Origin: Gammaproteobacteria bacterium
Lineage (GTDB): Bacteria > Pseudomonadota > Gammaproteobacteria > JBCCGL01
Assembly (NCBI GenBank): GCA_965277715.1
Contig: OZ255836.1
Coordinates: forward strand, 2,496,001 to 2,560,000
Direction of reading: 5' to 3'
DNA: 64,000 nucleotides
Shown here: piece by piece, positions 1 through 11,500 of the stretch
How the letters are laid out: each line of letters begins with the position of its first letter
Position numbering within the stretch: the stretch's first letter is position 1
Position numbers and translations under genes: made by a program
The notes under the pieces: generated by a model
Told to the model about the DNA's origin: nothing
Seen by the model: only the letters and a program-made list of their open reading frames with translations
Databases searched by the model: none

Positions 1-628
1 TTTCCGGGCGACTCAATGCCAGTAACAGAGTGCGTTTATAGGCATCGGCGACACTACACTGTGAAACATTGCTTAGTTCTTCATCCGCTACTGGCAGGTT
101 ATGGCATTTTGTCACTTCACAACTGACATAGATCTGATGCAGGTCACGCCAGATACCGTTAGGTATCGGTTTATAAATTTGCATACAACGCAGTAAACTC
201 TCAGCCAGGTAGGAGACTGCCCGCTGTGCAGCCAGGGCATATAACTTTGCAGATAGCGCGGTGGCTTTATTGGTGTGTGAATCCTGCAACGCAATTTTAT
301 AGCCGAAAGTCATTTCGGTGAGAATAGCGAGGTTGAGGTTGAAAATACGCTGTGACTTTTCTACCAGCGGTAATCCTGATGTTGTGTAGCGCTTGAGCAA
401 ATGGTCAAGCACAAAACGCGCAGTGGGCCGCAGCAGCTCCATAACCTCGACACGCGCACGCGCGTCATTAACCAGTCGATTACTTTGCTTGAGGCATGTA
501 TAAAACTGACGGGTGATCTCACTGATATCAGTGGCCTGTAGTTCCAAAAGCCACTTTTTTACCTTGCGCGGCGCACCGGGAAAGCTATTTTCTGTCGGTT
601 CCGATTGTGTCGGTATTTTTAAATCCAT
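1..628 (-). CDS. Partial CDS running off the window edge; conserved gammaproteobacterial protein resembling FimW-like c-di-GMP receptors
   Basis: Manual translation from ATG at 628 gives MDLKIPTQSEPTENSFPGAPRKVKKWLLELQ...ELLRP...LPLVEKSQRIF...IWRDLHQIY, open to base 1. Missing from the ORF track because there is no stop in the window. Family call from memory. Confidence 0.6.
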   Translation of the reverse strand, partial: MDLKIPTQSEPTENSFPGAPRKVKKWLLELQATDISEITRQFYTCLKQSNRLVNDARARVEVMELLRPTARFVLDHLLKRYTTSGLPLVEKSQRIFNLNLAILTEMTFGYKIALQDSHTNKATALSAKLYALAAQRAVSYLAESLLRCMQIYKPIPNGIWRDLHQIYVSCEVTKCHNLPVADEELSNVSQCSVADAYKRTLLLALSRPE

Positions 629-755
629 ACTTCATTCACATGTGTTTTGAGACACAGACTAATCATCGTAGGTAACCGCGCTTTTTATCTTAAAAACGAA
701 AATATAGCAAGATAACTATACACCAGAAAAACGCCCTCATACTACCAGCGATCAG

Positions 756-777
756 CCTAGTACACCGTCTACCTTAA
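756..777. repeat. 22-bp dispersed repeat CCTAGTACACCG(T/C)CTACCTTAA (second copy 4889-4910), probable IS-end scar
   Basis: Two intergenic copies with one mismatch. Confidence 0.55.
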
Positions 778-810
778 GGGTCCGCGCTATGCAACGGGCG
801 CCGATAGAAA

Positions 811-842
811 GTTGTAACAGGCGTTCTCGGACACACCTATTT
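811..842 (+). promoter_or_regulatory. Possible sigma-32 heat-shock promoter of hslVU
   Basis: GTTGTAA-N16-CACCTATTT resembles CTTGAAA...CCCCATNT and lies upstream of hslV. Imperfect match. Confidence 0.3.
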
Positions 843-879
843 TAGTATAGAATCAGCCATTTTGATTTTGGAGAAACCC

Positions 880-1431
880 ATGGATCAATACCGTGGAACC
901 ACCATTGTTGCTGTACGCCGTAACAATTGTGTGGTTATCGGGGGGGATGGACAAGTCAGCCTCGGCAATACCATTATGAAAGGCAACGCACGCAAAGTGC
1001 GGCGGCTCTACAAAGACCGTGTACTGGCTGGCTTTGCGGGCGGTACAGCCGATGCATTTACACTGTTTGAACGTTTCGAGGCCAAGCTGGAGGCACACGG
1101 TGGCAATCTCACCCGCGCTGCAGTTGAACTGGCCAAAGACTGGCGAACTGACCGCATGTTGCGGCGCCTGGAGGCACTACTGGCGGTGGCTGACAAAACG
1201 GCCTCGCTGATGATCTCCGGTAACGGCGATGTGATCGAACCGGAGAGTGGCCTTATAGCAATGGGTTCCGGTGGTGCATTTGCCCAGGCGGCGGCCAGCG
1301 CACTGCTCGACAATACTGATTTTGACGCCGGGGAAATTGTGCGCAAGAGCCTGCATATCGCCGCCGATATCTGCATCTATACCAACCACAACCAAACTGT
1401 CGAGATACTGGACTATTCCAGCGATCAATAA
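880..1431 (+). CDS. hslV: ATP-dependent protease peptidase subunit HslV
   Basis: TTIVAVRR N-terminal Thr nucleophile, [24 protein letters not shown] motifs; adjacent to hslU. Confidence 0.97.
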   Translation: MDQYRGTTIVAVRRNNCVVIGGDGQVSLGNTIMKGNARKVRRLYKDRVLAGFAGGTADAFTLFERFEAKLEAHGGNLTRAAVELAKDWRTDRMLRRLEALLAVADKTASLMISGNGDVIEPESGLIAMGSGGAFAQAAASALLDNTDFDAGEIVRKSLHIAADICIYTNHNQTVEILDYSSDQ

Positions 1432-1467
1432 TTGACTTTTTATATGCCCATTAAAGAACCCAACGCT

Positions 1468-2805
1468 ATGCCCTATATGACCCCACGGGAAATTGTCCAG
1501 GAACTGGACAAACACATAATCGGTCAACACGACGCCAAGCGCGCTGTCGCCATTGCGCTGCGCAACCGCTGGCGCAGGCAACAAATCGAGGAGCCGCTAC
1601 GCAGCGAAATCACCCCCAAAAACATTCTCATGATCGGCCCCACCGGGGTTGGCAAAACTGAGATTGCACGGCGGTTGGCGAAGCTGGCCAACGCCCCTTT
1701 TATCAAAATCGAAGCGACCAAGTTTACCGAGGTGGGTTACGTGGGTCGCGATGTTGAATCGATTGTTCGCGACCTAATCGATTCGGCGATTAAAGAGGTG
1801 CGTGAAACCGAGAAAACCAAGGTGCATAACCGTGCCGAAGACGCCGCCGAAGAACGCATTCTCGATGCCCTGTTACCGACTCCACGCAGTGATAAAGAGA
1901 ACGCAAATGAAACGCCCGCCAAACCTTCGGCAACCCGGCAAAAATTCCGCAAAAAACTGCGCGAGGGAGATCTGGACGATAAAGATATCGAGATCGATGT
2001 GAATGCACCACAAATCGGTGTGGAGATCATGGCACCACCGGGCATGGAGGAAATGACACAGCAATTGCAGGGTATGTTTCAAAATATGGGAGCGCAACGC
2101 AGCAGTAAAAAGAAAATGAAAATTCGCGATGCCTTTAAACTGCTCACTGATGAAGAGGCTGCCAACCTGGTCAATGAAGATGACCTAAAGCTCAAGGCAG
2201 TTGAGCAGGTGGAACAAAATGGCATCGTGTTTCTCGACGAGATCGACAAAGTGACGCGCCGTAGCGACAGCCACAGCGGCGGGGATGTCTCCCGCGAAGG
2301 CGTACAACGCGATTTATTGCCACTGGTGGAAGGCTGTACCGTCTCGACCAAATACGGCATGATCAATACCGATCACATCCTGTTTATCGCCTCTGGTGCA
2401 TTTCACCTTAGCAAACCCTCCGACCTTATTCCTGAACTACAGGGCCGCCTGCCGATCAGGGTCGAGCTGGCCGCGCTTAGCAGCGACGATTTTGTGCGTA
2501 TCCTGCGCGAGCCGGATGCCTCGTTGACTGAACAGTATCAGGCATTGCTCGGCACAGAAGAGGTGCATTTGCGTTTTACTGAAGGCGGATTGCAGCGGAT
2601 TGCCGAAGTCGCCTGGGAAGTGAATGAACGCACAGAAAATATTGGCGCCAGGCGTTTGCATACCGTGATGGAACGGCTGCTCGAATCGGCCTCGTTTGAA
2701 GCATCGGATCGGGGTGGGCAGTCACTGGAAGTGGATGTCGATTATGTTAATGAGCACCTGGGGGAATTGTCTCAGGATGAGGATCTGAGTCGGTATATTT
2801 TGTAA
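1468..2805 (+). CDS. hslU: ATP-dependent protease ATPase subunit HslU
   Basis: MTPREIV start, Walker [24 protein letters not shown]-terminal DLSRYIL. Confidence 0.97.
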   Translation: MPYMTPREIVQELDKHIIGQHDAKRAVAIALRNRWRRQQIEEPLRSEITPKNILMIGPTGVGKTEIARRLAKLANAPFIKIEATKFTEVGYVGRDVESIVRDLIDSAIKEVRETEKTKVHNRAEDAAEERILDALLPTPRSDKENANETPAKPSATRQKFRKKLREGDLDDKDIEIDVNAPQIGVEIMAPPGMEEMTQQLQGMFQNMGAQRSSKKKMKIRDAFKLLTDEEAANLVNEDDLKLKAVEQVEQNGIVFLDEIDKVTRRSDSHSGGDVSREGVQRDLLPLVEGCTVSTKYGMINTDHILFIASGAFHLSKPSDLIPELQGRLPIRVELAALSSDDFVRILREPDASLTEQYQALLGTEEVHLRFTEGGLQRIAEVAWEVNERTENIGARRLHTVMERLLESASFEASDRGGQSLEVDVDYVNEHLGELSQDEDLSRYIL

Positions 2806-2852
2806 CCCACCGTTTCTGCATGTGCGCAAAAAGCCGATATAAACGATACTGT

Positions 2853-4322
2853 TTATTCGGTTTGCCCACCTAAACGCCGTGCCAATTGACCGACTTTGAT
2901 TAATGCCTGTTCAATATCATTCGACCAGGGTTGGCCCGCACACAGGCGGGTGAAATTTTTGTATTTATTGGTAACCGAGAACAGCGAACCAGGGGTGATA
3001 CTAATACCCTGTTCCAACGCGGCCTCGTATAGCGCCAGGGAGTCGGTGCCGCGTGGTAACTGCGCCCACAGTACAAAACCGCCCTGTGGCCGGGTAATGC
3101 GTGTGCCCGCCGGGAAATGTTGACCCACCGCATAGCGCATGCGTTCAACCTGATCGCGGAATGCCTGGCGCAAGCGTAGCAGGTGCCGGTCGTAGTGGCC
3201 GGTGTGTAAAAATTCTGAAATAGCCATTTGGGTGAGTGAAACCGTTGCCGAGCTGGACAGTTGTTTGGCTTTCACCACTTGCGAGTAAAATTTGCCCGGC
3301 AGTACCCACCCCACCCGGTAACCGGGCGCGATGGTTTTTGAAAATGACGAGCAGGTCAACACCAGGCCCTGCTTGTCGTAAGCTTTGCAGGTGCGGGGCC
3401 GGTGTTCGCCAAAGTAAAGATCGCCAAAAATATCGTCTTCAATTAGCGGGATATTTTTTACTGCCAGCAGTTCGACCATTTTCTTTTTGTTTTCATCGGG
3501 CATTAGGCAGCCAAGCGGGTTACTGAAGTTACCGATATGTATAACGGCTTTGATGTCGACACTGTTCAATGCATTTTCGAGCGCATCCAGGCACATGCCG
3601 TGTTCCGGGTCGGTATCGATTTCCACGGCTAACATGCCCAGTTTTTCAATCATTTGCAGCATAATAAAATAAGTGGGGGACTCCACGGCGATAATATCCC
3701 CCGGCTTGGCCACCGCTTGTAAGCTAACGCTGAGTGCCTCGGTTGCACCACTGGTAATTACAACATCTTCGGCACTGATTGAAGAGCCAATGTCACTGGA
3801 GCGAAGGGCGATTTGTCGGCGCAGTTCGTAATTGCCTGGTAGCCAGCAGTAGCGGGTTGCGGCCTCTGGTTGGCGCGAGATGATTTGATTCATTGCCCGC
3901 GCCAATCCTTTGGTAGGTAATAGGGATGTATCTGGGTTGGCCAGGCCCAGTGGTACAACGCCGGGTTCGTTGGATAAGTTAAAAATCGTTTCCACCACAT
4001 CGCCAAGCTGTACTTTGCGGGGCTGGCCACGGGGGTTGGTTTTGCGCGGTTGCGACAGGGCGTTACCGGGGTTGTGGCGCACGTAAAAACCCGACTGTGG
4101 CCGCGATTCGATCAGCCCCTGATCTTCGAGATTGAGGTAGGCCTGCATGACGGTGGCAATGCTGACGTTGAGCTTTTTGCTCATGCTACGCAGTGAGGGA
4201 ACGCGGTCGCCGGGGGTGAGTGTATGGGTTTCAATCATCCCGGTAACCAGCCGTGCAACCTGATCGTATAGGTAACCGTGGCTGTTGCCCGCTGTAGTGT
4301 TTTGTGATGCAGTGCTGTTCAT
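2853..4322 (-). CDS. MocR/GntR-family PLP-dependent transcriptional regulator
   Basis: N-terminal wHTH (GDRVPSLR...TVMQAY..LEDQGLIESRPQSGFYV) plus aminotransferase domain (SFSKTIAPGYRVGW). Confidence 0.93.
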   Translation of the reverse strand: MNSTASQNTTAGNSHGYLYDQVARLVTGMIETHTLTPGDRVPSLRSMSKKLNVSIATVMQAYLNLEDQGLIESRPQSGFYVRHNPGNALSQPRKTNPRGQPRKVQLGDVVETIFNLSNEPGVVPLGLANPDTSLLPTKGLARAMNQIISRQPEAATRYCWLPGNYELRRQIALRSSDIGSSISAEDVVITSGATEALSVSLQAVAKPGDIIAVESPTYFIMLQMIEKLGMLAVEIDTDPEHGMCLDALENALNSVDIKAVIHIGNFSNPLGCLMPDENKKKMVELLAVKNIPLIEDDIFGDLYFGEHRPRTCKAYDKQGLVLTCSSFSKTIAPGYRVGWVLPGKFYSQVVKAKQLSSSATVSLTQMAISEFLHTGHYDRHLLRLRQAFRDQVERMRYAVGQHFPAGTRITRPQGGFVLWAQLPRGTDSLALYEAALEQGISITPGSLFSVTNKYKNFTRLCAGQPWSNDIEQALIKVGQLARRLGGQTE

Positions 4323-4378
4323 ATAAACTGTTATGGTTACATTTCTTATAAACTGTATCTGTTACTATAACAGTTTTA
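4322..4378. promoter_or_regulatory. Probable MocR operator (direct and inverted AACTGT repeats) between divergent genes
   Basis: TATAAACTGT at 4322 and 4347, inverted ATAACAGTTTTA at 4367-4378. Confidence 0.55.
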
Positions 4379-4492
4379 CCTTAAAATACTACTCCCACAA
4401 GGGTACTTAGTAAGAAGAGTTACCCGTAACCCGGTTGTCAGGACAAAATCCATGGCAATCAAATATGGCTAACCAATGCCAGGAGTAAGAAA

Positions 4493-4729
4493 ATGACTGC
4501 AATTACCCATACATCTGCTTTTCAAGAAGACATCAGCGCAAACGTTTACGCCTTTACCCGAAGCATCGAAGCGTTTGTACAAACTATAGGCAGCACTGCC
4601 AAGTTGTGGATGAGACGCCACAACAGCCGCCGCCAACTCGCACAACTGAATCAGCAAATGCTCACCGATATTGGTTTGAGCCAAGCGGATGTATTTGCCG
4701 AGCTGAGCAAGCCTTTCTGGCGTGCCTGA
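4493..4729 (+). CDS. DUF1127 (YjiS-like) small protein
   Basis: W.RR..SRRQLAQL..QMLTDIGLS.......KPFWR signature; divergent from a MocR gene. Confidence 0.9.
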   Translation: MTAITHTSAFQEDISANVYAFTRSIEAFVQTIGSTAKLWMRRHNSRRQLAQLNQQMLTDIGLSQADVFAELSKPFWRA

Positions 4730-4985
4730 AGTTTTCGGGCCGGTTTGTGTAGGCCCGACAAACAGTTCTCTCCTCCTTAGAAGTATTTGGGCCATGGATG
4801 GCCTGTTTTTTTCTCCTGTCTCTTGAGTTTATCCGGCTTTTGTTTCTAGATCTCATATATTAACTTGCACACAAGTAAATATATGGGGCCTAGTACACCG
4901 CCTACCTTAATATTGTCGATTTTTAGTTGGTGAGTTATTCGTTTCAATAAGCTAACGTCGATACCTACTGGTTGACTCATGCATT

Positions 4986-5014
4986 AACTTAAATTCCGCA
5001 GAGAAATTTAGGTT
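4986..5014. repeat. 29-bp palindromic mini-element related to the IS-like terminus at 8362-8429, 36210-36261, 51586-51653 and 55077-55105
   Basis: AACTTAAATTCCGCAGAGAAATTTAGGTT; arms match AACCTAAATTCCGCAG. Confidence 0.55.
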
Positions 5015-5091
5015 TAATCAACTCAAAATTGGGATGTGCCAGGGGACATACCAGGGGGCGTTCATTTTATGGTTATAGAACCGGATACTAT

Positions 5092-5973
5092 ATGCTGACT
5101 CATTCAACTACCTTGTATTTTTCCTGTGTGCTGATTTGGGGCACGTCGTGGTTTGCTATTAAGTTTCAGCTCGGTAGCGTTGCCGAGGAGGTTTCGCTGG
5201 TCTATCGGTTTTTGCTGGCGTCGGTGATATTGCTGGTTTTTTGTCTGGTAACCCGGCGCAATCTGCGCTTCTCTGTGCGTGAACACGCTTTTATGGCTTT
5301 GCAGGGCTTATTTTTGTTTTCCAGTAATTACCTGGTGTTTTATTGGGCCACGCATCTGCTCACGTCCGGCTTGATTGCGGTAGCGTTTTCGACGGTTGTT
5401 TTCATGAATATTATTGGCAGTGCGATTGCCTTCCGGCAACCTATCGCGGGTAAGGTCGTGGTCGGTGCTGCACTCGGTCTGACCGGTATTACGATGATCT
5501 TCTGGCCAGAGCTTGCCGCCTTTGAACTGAGTGGCGATGGTTCACGGGCACTGATGTTGTCACTGTTCGCCACGGCATTGGCCTCGTGCGGTAATATTGT
5601 TTCTGCCCGCAATCAAAAGCGGGCGCTGCCCGTTGTCCAGACCAATGCCTGGGGTATGGGCTACGGCGCCCTGGCGATGGCGGTGTTCGCTTTTTTTCAC
5701 GGCGTGCCGTTTAATCTTGAAGTCACGCCCACCTACCTGGGTTCGCTGTTGTACCTCAGCGTATTTGCCTCGGTATTAGCGTTTGGTTGTTACCTGACAC
5801 TGATCGGCAGAATCGGTGCCGATAAAACAGCCTATGCAGCGGTCGTGTTTCCGGTGGTGGCACTAACCCTCTCCACGGTGTTTGAAGGTTATCAGTGGAC
5901 ACCGCTGGCCGCTGTCGGGTTGGCGTTGGTGCTGATGGGTAATGTTGTTGTGTTGCGTAAAGCGGCCAATTGA
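5092..5973 (+). CDS. EamA/DMT family transporter
   Basis: About 10 hydrophobic segments, IWGTSWFAIK start motif, two EamA repeats. Confidence 0.9.
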   Translation: MLTHSTTLYFSCVLIWGTSWFAIKFQLGSVAEEVSLVYRFLLASVILLVFCLVTRRNLRFSVREHAFMALQGLFLFSSNYLVFYWATHLLTSGLIAVAFSTVVFMNIIGSAIAFRQPIAGKVVVGAALGLTGITMIFWPELAAFELSGDGSRALMLSLFATALASCGNIVSARNQKRALPVVQTNAWGMGYGALAMAVFAFFHGVPFNLEVTPTYLGSLLYLSVFASVLAFGCYLTLIGRIGADKTAYAAVVFPVVALTLSTVFEGYQWTPLAAVGLALVLMGNVVVLRKAAN

Positions 5974-6140
5974 GCGTGAACACAGTGCAATACAATAATT
6001 TGTTTGCAAAGTTAATCGCTTAGTATGTATGTGCCTAAATCGATTTGGCACACAAACCGAATCATGTCACGCTAATTGAGAAAGTGTCAGGTGTATTGGA
6101 AAATGGCGACAAATATTTCCCAAAACCGATCACCCGGTAT

Positions 6141-8204
6141 CTATTCCTCAAAAAACACCCGGTCATATTTCATCCGGTTATTGGGGTCTACCGCTGACTC
6201 CAGCTCACGCGCATAGCGGTGACCCGCAAATACGGCGCCGGCAATAATCGACGGCGCCTCACAGTCGCCAATACGGGACAGGGAGACGGGCTGGTACGTC
6301 GTGCCGGTTTCAAGGCGTTGTTGTAACGCGCTAAACAAAGCCTCATCAGGCGTGCGCATGGTCACGCTTACCACGGCCCCAGCGGCCAGGCTTTTCTGTT
6401 CTCCGGTATAAATGCACGCTATTTGTGCGGTTTGCCCATCGAATGCAGTGAGGCCATAAGCGCTAATAATATCCACACCAAGCTGCCGCAAACGCCTGTG
6501 AACGCGTGGTTGCTCAGCGGTGTGGCCGCCCCAGGCAGAAACCATCGTCTCTGGTGTAACCAGGGTGACGGGGATATTTTTGGCGCGTAAATACTCGGCA
6601 ATCACACTGCCCATGTAGTAGTGGTCATCGTCGTAAATTACCGCAGGGCCTGTAGGCAAACGCCCAGCCAGAATATCATCCGGGGTAAAAACCTGTGCCG
6701 GGGGGCCAAGCGATGTCAGTGGTGTTTGATTAAATAAACCCCGGCCATCTGCCTGCCAGTGCGCGCCGGTGGCGATGACAATATGTTCTGCCTCCATTGC
6801 CAGTACATCGTCTGCTGTCATCTTATTATCAAGGTAGACCTCGACATTGGGCATCGATTGGATTGCGTGCACGCGGTAGTCGCGCACCCTTGCCCACTCG
6901 CTCAGGCCAGGCAGGGCAGACTCACGCGTTACCCGGCCACCGAGTGTCCGCTGCGCCTCGGCCAACAGCACACGGTAGCCGCGCTGCCCCAGTGCCCGGC
7001 TTGCCTCAAGCCCGGCAGGCCCGGCACCGACGACCAGTACCGTGGCCTCAGATGTTTTGGGCGCGATGTGTTCAGGGTGCCAGCCACGCCGCCACTCCTC
7101 ACTGATAGTCGGGTTTTGTGTGCAGCGGATCGGCGTTGCTTTACTGTCCCCCGTGTAGCAAATATTACAGCCAATGCACTCGCGAATTTCATCCAGGCGA
7201 CCCGCTTCAATTTTCTTTGGCAAAAAAGGATCGGCAATAGAGGGCCTCGCGGCACCGATAAAATCGACAATGCCGCGCCTGAGCTGTGACGCCATGGTAT
7301 CCGGGGAGGTGAAGCGTCCCACCGTCACAACAGGCTTGGTGGTAATGGATTTCACATAGGCCATATGCGCTTCGAGCGATGCCTCTTTAACGAAACGGGA
7401 TACCCCCATCTCCTGGGAGTAATCATTGATATTAATGTCCCAGAGGTCTGGCAGTTCAGCCAACATCGCCAGCATATCCCGCTGTTCCCCAACAATTGGC
7501 GTGCCATCGCTGTCAAGCCCCTCATCGGCTGAAAACCGGACGGCTACTGCGCAGGTGTCGCCCACCGCCTCTTTGGTTTCCTCGATCAACTCACGCACCA
7601 GCCGCACCCGGTTTTCCAGCGGGCCACCGTATTCGTCGCTGCGTGTGTTGGTGCGCGCAGAGAGGAAATGCGCGAGCAGGTAGTGGTGGGTGGCGTACAC
7701 GTAGACAATATCAAAACCGGCGGCTTTGGCGCGCAACGCCGCCTGTTTGTGCCAACGCCGCAGTGCGCGAATATCCGCCTTATCCATCGCGCGCGTCTGG
7801 TACGGCACACCTGTGGCATTTGGCATCGTCGTCACATCCATCGCCACCTCATTGGTAAATAAATTGGCTGAGCGCGAGCCACCGACCCAAAGCTCTGCGC
7901 CGGCGAGGGCGCCATGTTCATGCACCTGCTCTGTCATTATCGAATGCGCTTTGATGTCACCCTGATCCCACAGCGAGGCGTAGGGGTGGGGTAAATCGTC
8001 AGAGGCGGGGTGTATCGAGCAATACTCCGTGCACACAACGCCCCATCCCCCCTGTGCTTTTACACCGCGTAAAGCTGCGACCATGCGCGGCCTCACCCAG
8101 CCAAGCCCGGTGCAGTGCGGCACTTGATAAAACCGGTTTTTAGCAGTAACCGGCCCTATTTGAATAGGTTCAAACAATATGTCGTAACGGGGGTCTCGTG
8201 GCAT
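6141..8204 (-). CDS. Trimethylamine/dimethylamine/histamine dehydrogenase-family flavo-iron-sulfur oxidoreductase
   Basis: RFYQVPHC (covalent-FMN Cys), YVYATH, CIGCNIC...C 4Fe-4S motif, GAGPAG dinucleotide fold. Confidence 0.88.
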   Translation of the reverse strand: MPRDPRYDILFEPIQIGPVTAKNRFYQVPHCTGLGWVRPRMVAALRGVKAQGGWGVVCTEYCSIHPASDDLPHPYASLWDQGDIKAHSIMTEQVHEHGALAGAELWVGGSRSANLFTNEVAMDVTTMPNATGVPYQTRAMDKADIRALRRWHKQAALRAKAAGFDIVYVYATHHYLLAHFLSARTNTRSDEYGGPLENRVRLVRELIEETKEAVGDTCAVAVRFSADEGLDSDGTPIVGEQRDMLAMLAELPDLWDININDYSQEMGVSRFVKEASLEAHMAYVKSITTKPVVTVGRFTSPDTMASQLRRGIVDFIGAARPSIADPFLPKKIEAGRLDEIRECIGCNICYTGDSKATPIRCTQNPTISEEWRRGWHPEHIAPKTSEATVLVVGAGPAGLEASRALGQRGYRVLLAEAQRTLGGRVTRESALPGLSEWARVRDYRVHAIQSMPNVEVYLDNKMTADDVLAMEAEHIVIATGAHWQADGRGLFNQTPLTSLGPPAQVFTPDDILAGRLPTGPAVIYDDDHYYMGSVIAEYLRAKNIPVTLVTPETMVSAWGGHTAEQPRVHRRLRQLGVDIISAYGLTAFDGQTAQIACIYTGEQKSLAAGAVVSVTMRTPDEALFSALQQRLETGTTYQPVSLSRIGDCEAPSIIAGAVFAGHRYARELESAVDPNNRMKYDRVFFEE

Positions 8205-8361
8205 CGACAGGCTCCCAGAATAAGTATCGTCAGATTACCCTAAACAGATTAGGGACGTGCACGAAATAAATGCTGGGGTGCGTAAATGTATTAATTTGCC
8301 TTATAGCTGAGGGCTTGAGTGTGTTATTAAAAAATGACACATTCAGGATTGCTAAAATGCT

Positions 8362-8429
8362 GGTAACAACACTTCATCTTCAGCACCTTAGACGCCCTCG
8401 CTACGATTCAACTGCGGAATTTAGGTTAA
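8362..8429 (+). repeat. Partial copy of the dispersed IS-terminus-like repeat (also at 36210 and 51586)
   Basis: GGTAACAACACTTCATCTTCAGCACCTTAGACGCCCTCGCTACGATTCAACTGCGGAATTTAGGTTAA aligns with 51586-51653. Confidence 0.75.
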
Positions 8430-8511
8430 TATAATAAAAACGGAATTTATTTCGAGCACGTTCCTCAGGGTAGCCACTCATAACGTTTTGGGCCACCCAT
8501 GATCGCTGAAA

Positions 8512-11500
8512 CTATCTGTCTCCCCACAACGCCAACAACTCATCCAGCCTCGTGGCAAACTGCTCACCACTGGCCTGCGCCTGTTGATTGATATGCTGAC
8601 TTAGCAACGCCTTATGCGTCTGTAATTCGGCAATTTTGCTTTCGATGCTGTCTTCAACAATCAATTTATACACAAACACCGGTTTATCCTGGCCAATGCG
8701 GTGTGCCCGGTCGGTCGCTTGTTGTTCGGCGGCACTGTTCCACCAGGGGTCGTAGTGAATAACAGTATCTGCTCTGGTCAGGTTCAGGCCAACGCCCCCC
8801 GCTTTCAGGCTAATTAAAAAAACCGGAACCTTACCCTGCTGAAATTGATCGACCAGCAGGTGCCGTTTGCGGGTTTTTCCCGTGAGCATTTGGTAGTCGA
8901 TATCAAGCGCCTCCAGGTCTTCGGCAAGCAAACTGAGCATCTGCGTAAACTGGGAAAAAACCAAAATGGCCCGGCCTTCATCGACCAGCTCCCGGAGCAT
9001 GTCGATGCAGTGTTGGCGTTTTGCCGAAGGGGTGCTTGTATCCCCCATCAATCGCGGATCACAGCAGACCTGGCGCAGTTTCAATAACTGTGTGAGGATG
9101 ATTATCTGCTGTTGCCCGCTATTCTCGCTTGTGTCGATTTGTGCCTGGATGGTTTGCCAACCGTCGGTTTTAAGCTGCTCATAGAGCGCCCGCTGTTGCC
9201 ATTCCATACTGACCGCCTGGGGAATAACGGTTTTAGGCGGCAGATCCTGCGCCACTTCGTCTTTGTTGCGGCGCAACATAAACGGGGCGATACGTTGCAG
9301 TAACTGATCGAGCCGGGTGCTGTCAGCGACCTGCTCGATCGGGCCTTTAAACCAGGTGTTGAAATGCACCGCGCTGCCCAGACAACCGGGCATAAGAAAA
9401 TCCATTAGTGACCACAGCTCTCCCAGATGATTTTCCACCGGTGTGCCGGACAGGCACAGACGGTGATCGCTGTGCAGTTGTTTGACCGATTGGCTGTTGC
9501 GGGTGCGTGGGTTTTTGATGCCCTGTGCCTCGTCCAGTACCACCCAGCTAAGCGGTTGCGCCTGCCAGTGAGCCAGGTCGTTGCTGATAAGCGTGTAGCT
9601 GGTGATAACAACGGCGTATTGGCCAATACCCTGCCAGTGTTGATGGCGCTGCGTGCCGTGCATCAGCAGGCACGATAGTTGCGGGGTAAAGCGGCGCAGC
9701 TCGTTCACCCAATTGTGTAACAGGCTGGTGGGGGCGACAATCAGCGCCGGTTTTTCCAGTAGCCCCTGTTGGTATTCGAGGCTTAGGTGCGCCAGGGTTT
9801 GCAGGGTTTTCCCCAGGCCCATATCGTCGGCCAGCAGGCCGTTGATATTTTGCTGTCGCAGGTGTTGCAACCAGCAAACACCCAGCCATTGGTAGGGGCG
9901 CAGGGTGGCGTTAACACCGATGGGCTTTTCTGCAATGAGTTGTGGTTGTCGGTGGATAGCGGCCGCCTGATGGCGCAGTGTTTGCTCCCCACTCCACTGC
10001 GTATCCTGTGGGAGACAGTCATCGATATGTTGCAGGCGGTTCAATTGGCTGAGTGGGAACAGATAACCATCGACGCCGCGCTGGCGGCGGCCACCCTCCG
10101 GCATCAAGTCTTTTAGTTCCTGCATAATGCCGTTGATTTTTTCAGCGGGCAGCAACAACCGTTTGCCGTTTTCGAGCTTTATATGCGGCAGGTCACGCGC
10201 ATAAAACTGTTTGTCGACGGTATTCAGGTGATGCAATAAATCTTTCAGCGAAATCGTTTCACCATCGGCCACAATTTGTATCGATAACTGCCAGTGCTGG
10301 TCATCGGTGTGGGTTACGCTAGCCTGCCATTTCTCGGCATAAATGTAATGGTGATAAAACCCCGCTGCGATGGAAAAGACAAAACCGCTGGTGGTTAAAT
10401 CGTGGTCGGTTTCCGTCAGTAGGGCTTCCCAGTGTTGTGGATTGTCAGATAACCATGTCGATACCCGCCGGGGGCTGCCAGTAGTTGCTTGCTCATGCAG
10501 ATTGTCAGGCGGGGCAGGCTGAAAGCCGAGGCGGTAAATCTGTGCACCCAGTTGATCGGCATAGTGGTGTTCGGCTGTGAGTTGTCTGGGGATCTTATAT
10601 AGCGTTTCGCCGTCCCAGTAACCGCAGTCTGTGCGCGGATCATCGGCAGCCAGGCAGGTGCAATAATGGGGCGTGGTGTAGCGAAACCACAACACAAGCT
10701 GATCTGATTTTGTACGGCCCCGCCGCTTAACCGTGGTGCAATGTGCAACAGGGGTGACCGTTGCCTGTATGGTTTTATGCAGCAGTTCTCCAGGCAGGGG
10801 CAAGCCAAGTGCCTGCCATGCAGTTTGGTGTGCCGATAAAAAAGCCGTGGTATCCGCTGGGGTGATAACGGTATTGGTAGCTTCAATTTCTGCCATCGCA
10901 CAGTCATCAGGCAGGCCGTGGCAACACCCTATCACCCCATCAGATGCGGCATAAAATACCTTGTCCTCTATCGCGAAGAGCCTGTGCCGCTGGGGTATTT
11001 CCCACGTCAGTGTCTGCTCGCCGAGGCTGTTTTTTAGCCAGGCCAGTTGTAGGGTTTGGGGCGCACCCTGGGTAGCGGGTATATAAGCATGGATGGCTGA
11101 CAGGCTGCTGCCGATACGGGTATCGACAAAGCAACGCCGTGTATCGATTAATGCCTGAATAAATGGCACAGTGTCGTCGACGGGTACATTTACCGGAGAT
11201 TGTCGGAGAGTATCGTTACTGCTTGTTTTAGGGCTTATTTCTGCGTGAGTCGTGGCGGGATTGGCGTCTATCAGTTGTTTTAAAATATTTATGTCATCGG
11301 TGTGGATAAAAGGGGGCGGCAGTTGCAGGTGTTGCGGCTGGATACGATACGGTGTGGGTGCACTGACAAGCCGTTGGTTATGCAGCTCGACCAGCGCGAG
11401 TGTCAAGTGAGCATGACAATTGACCAGGGTGCGGGGATGCGGCTGCAGCGATTGAGAAAGGCCTAGAAAGTACGCCAGTGTCAACCCCGGTGCCGCGTTG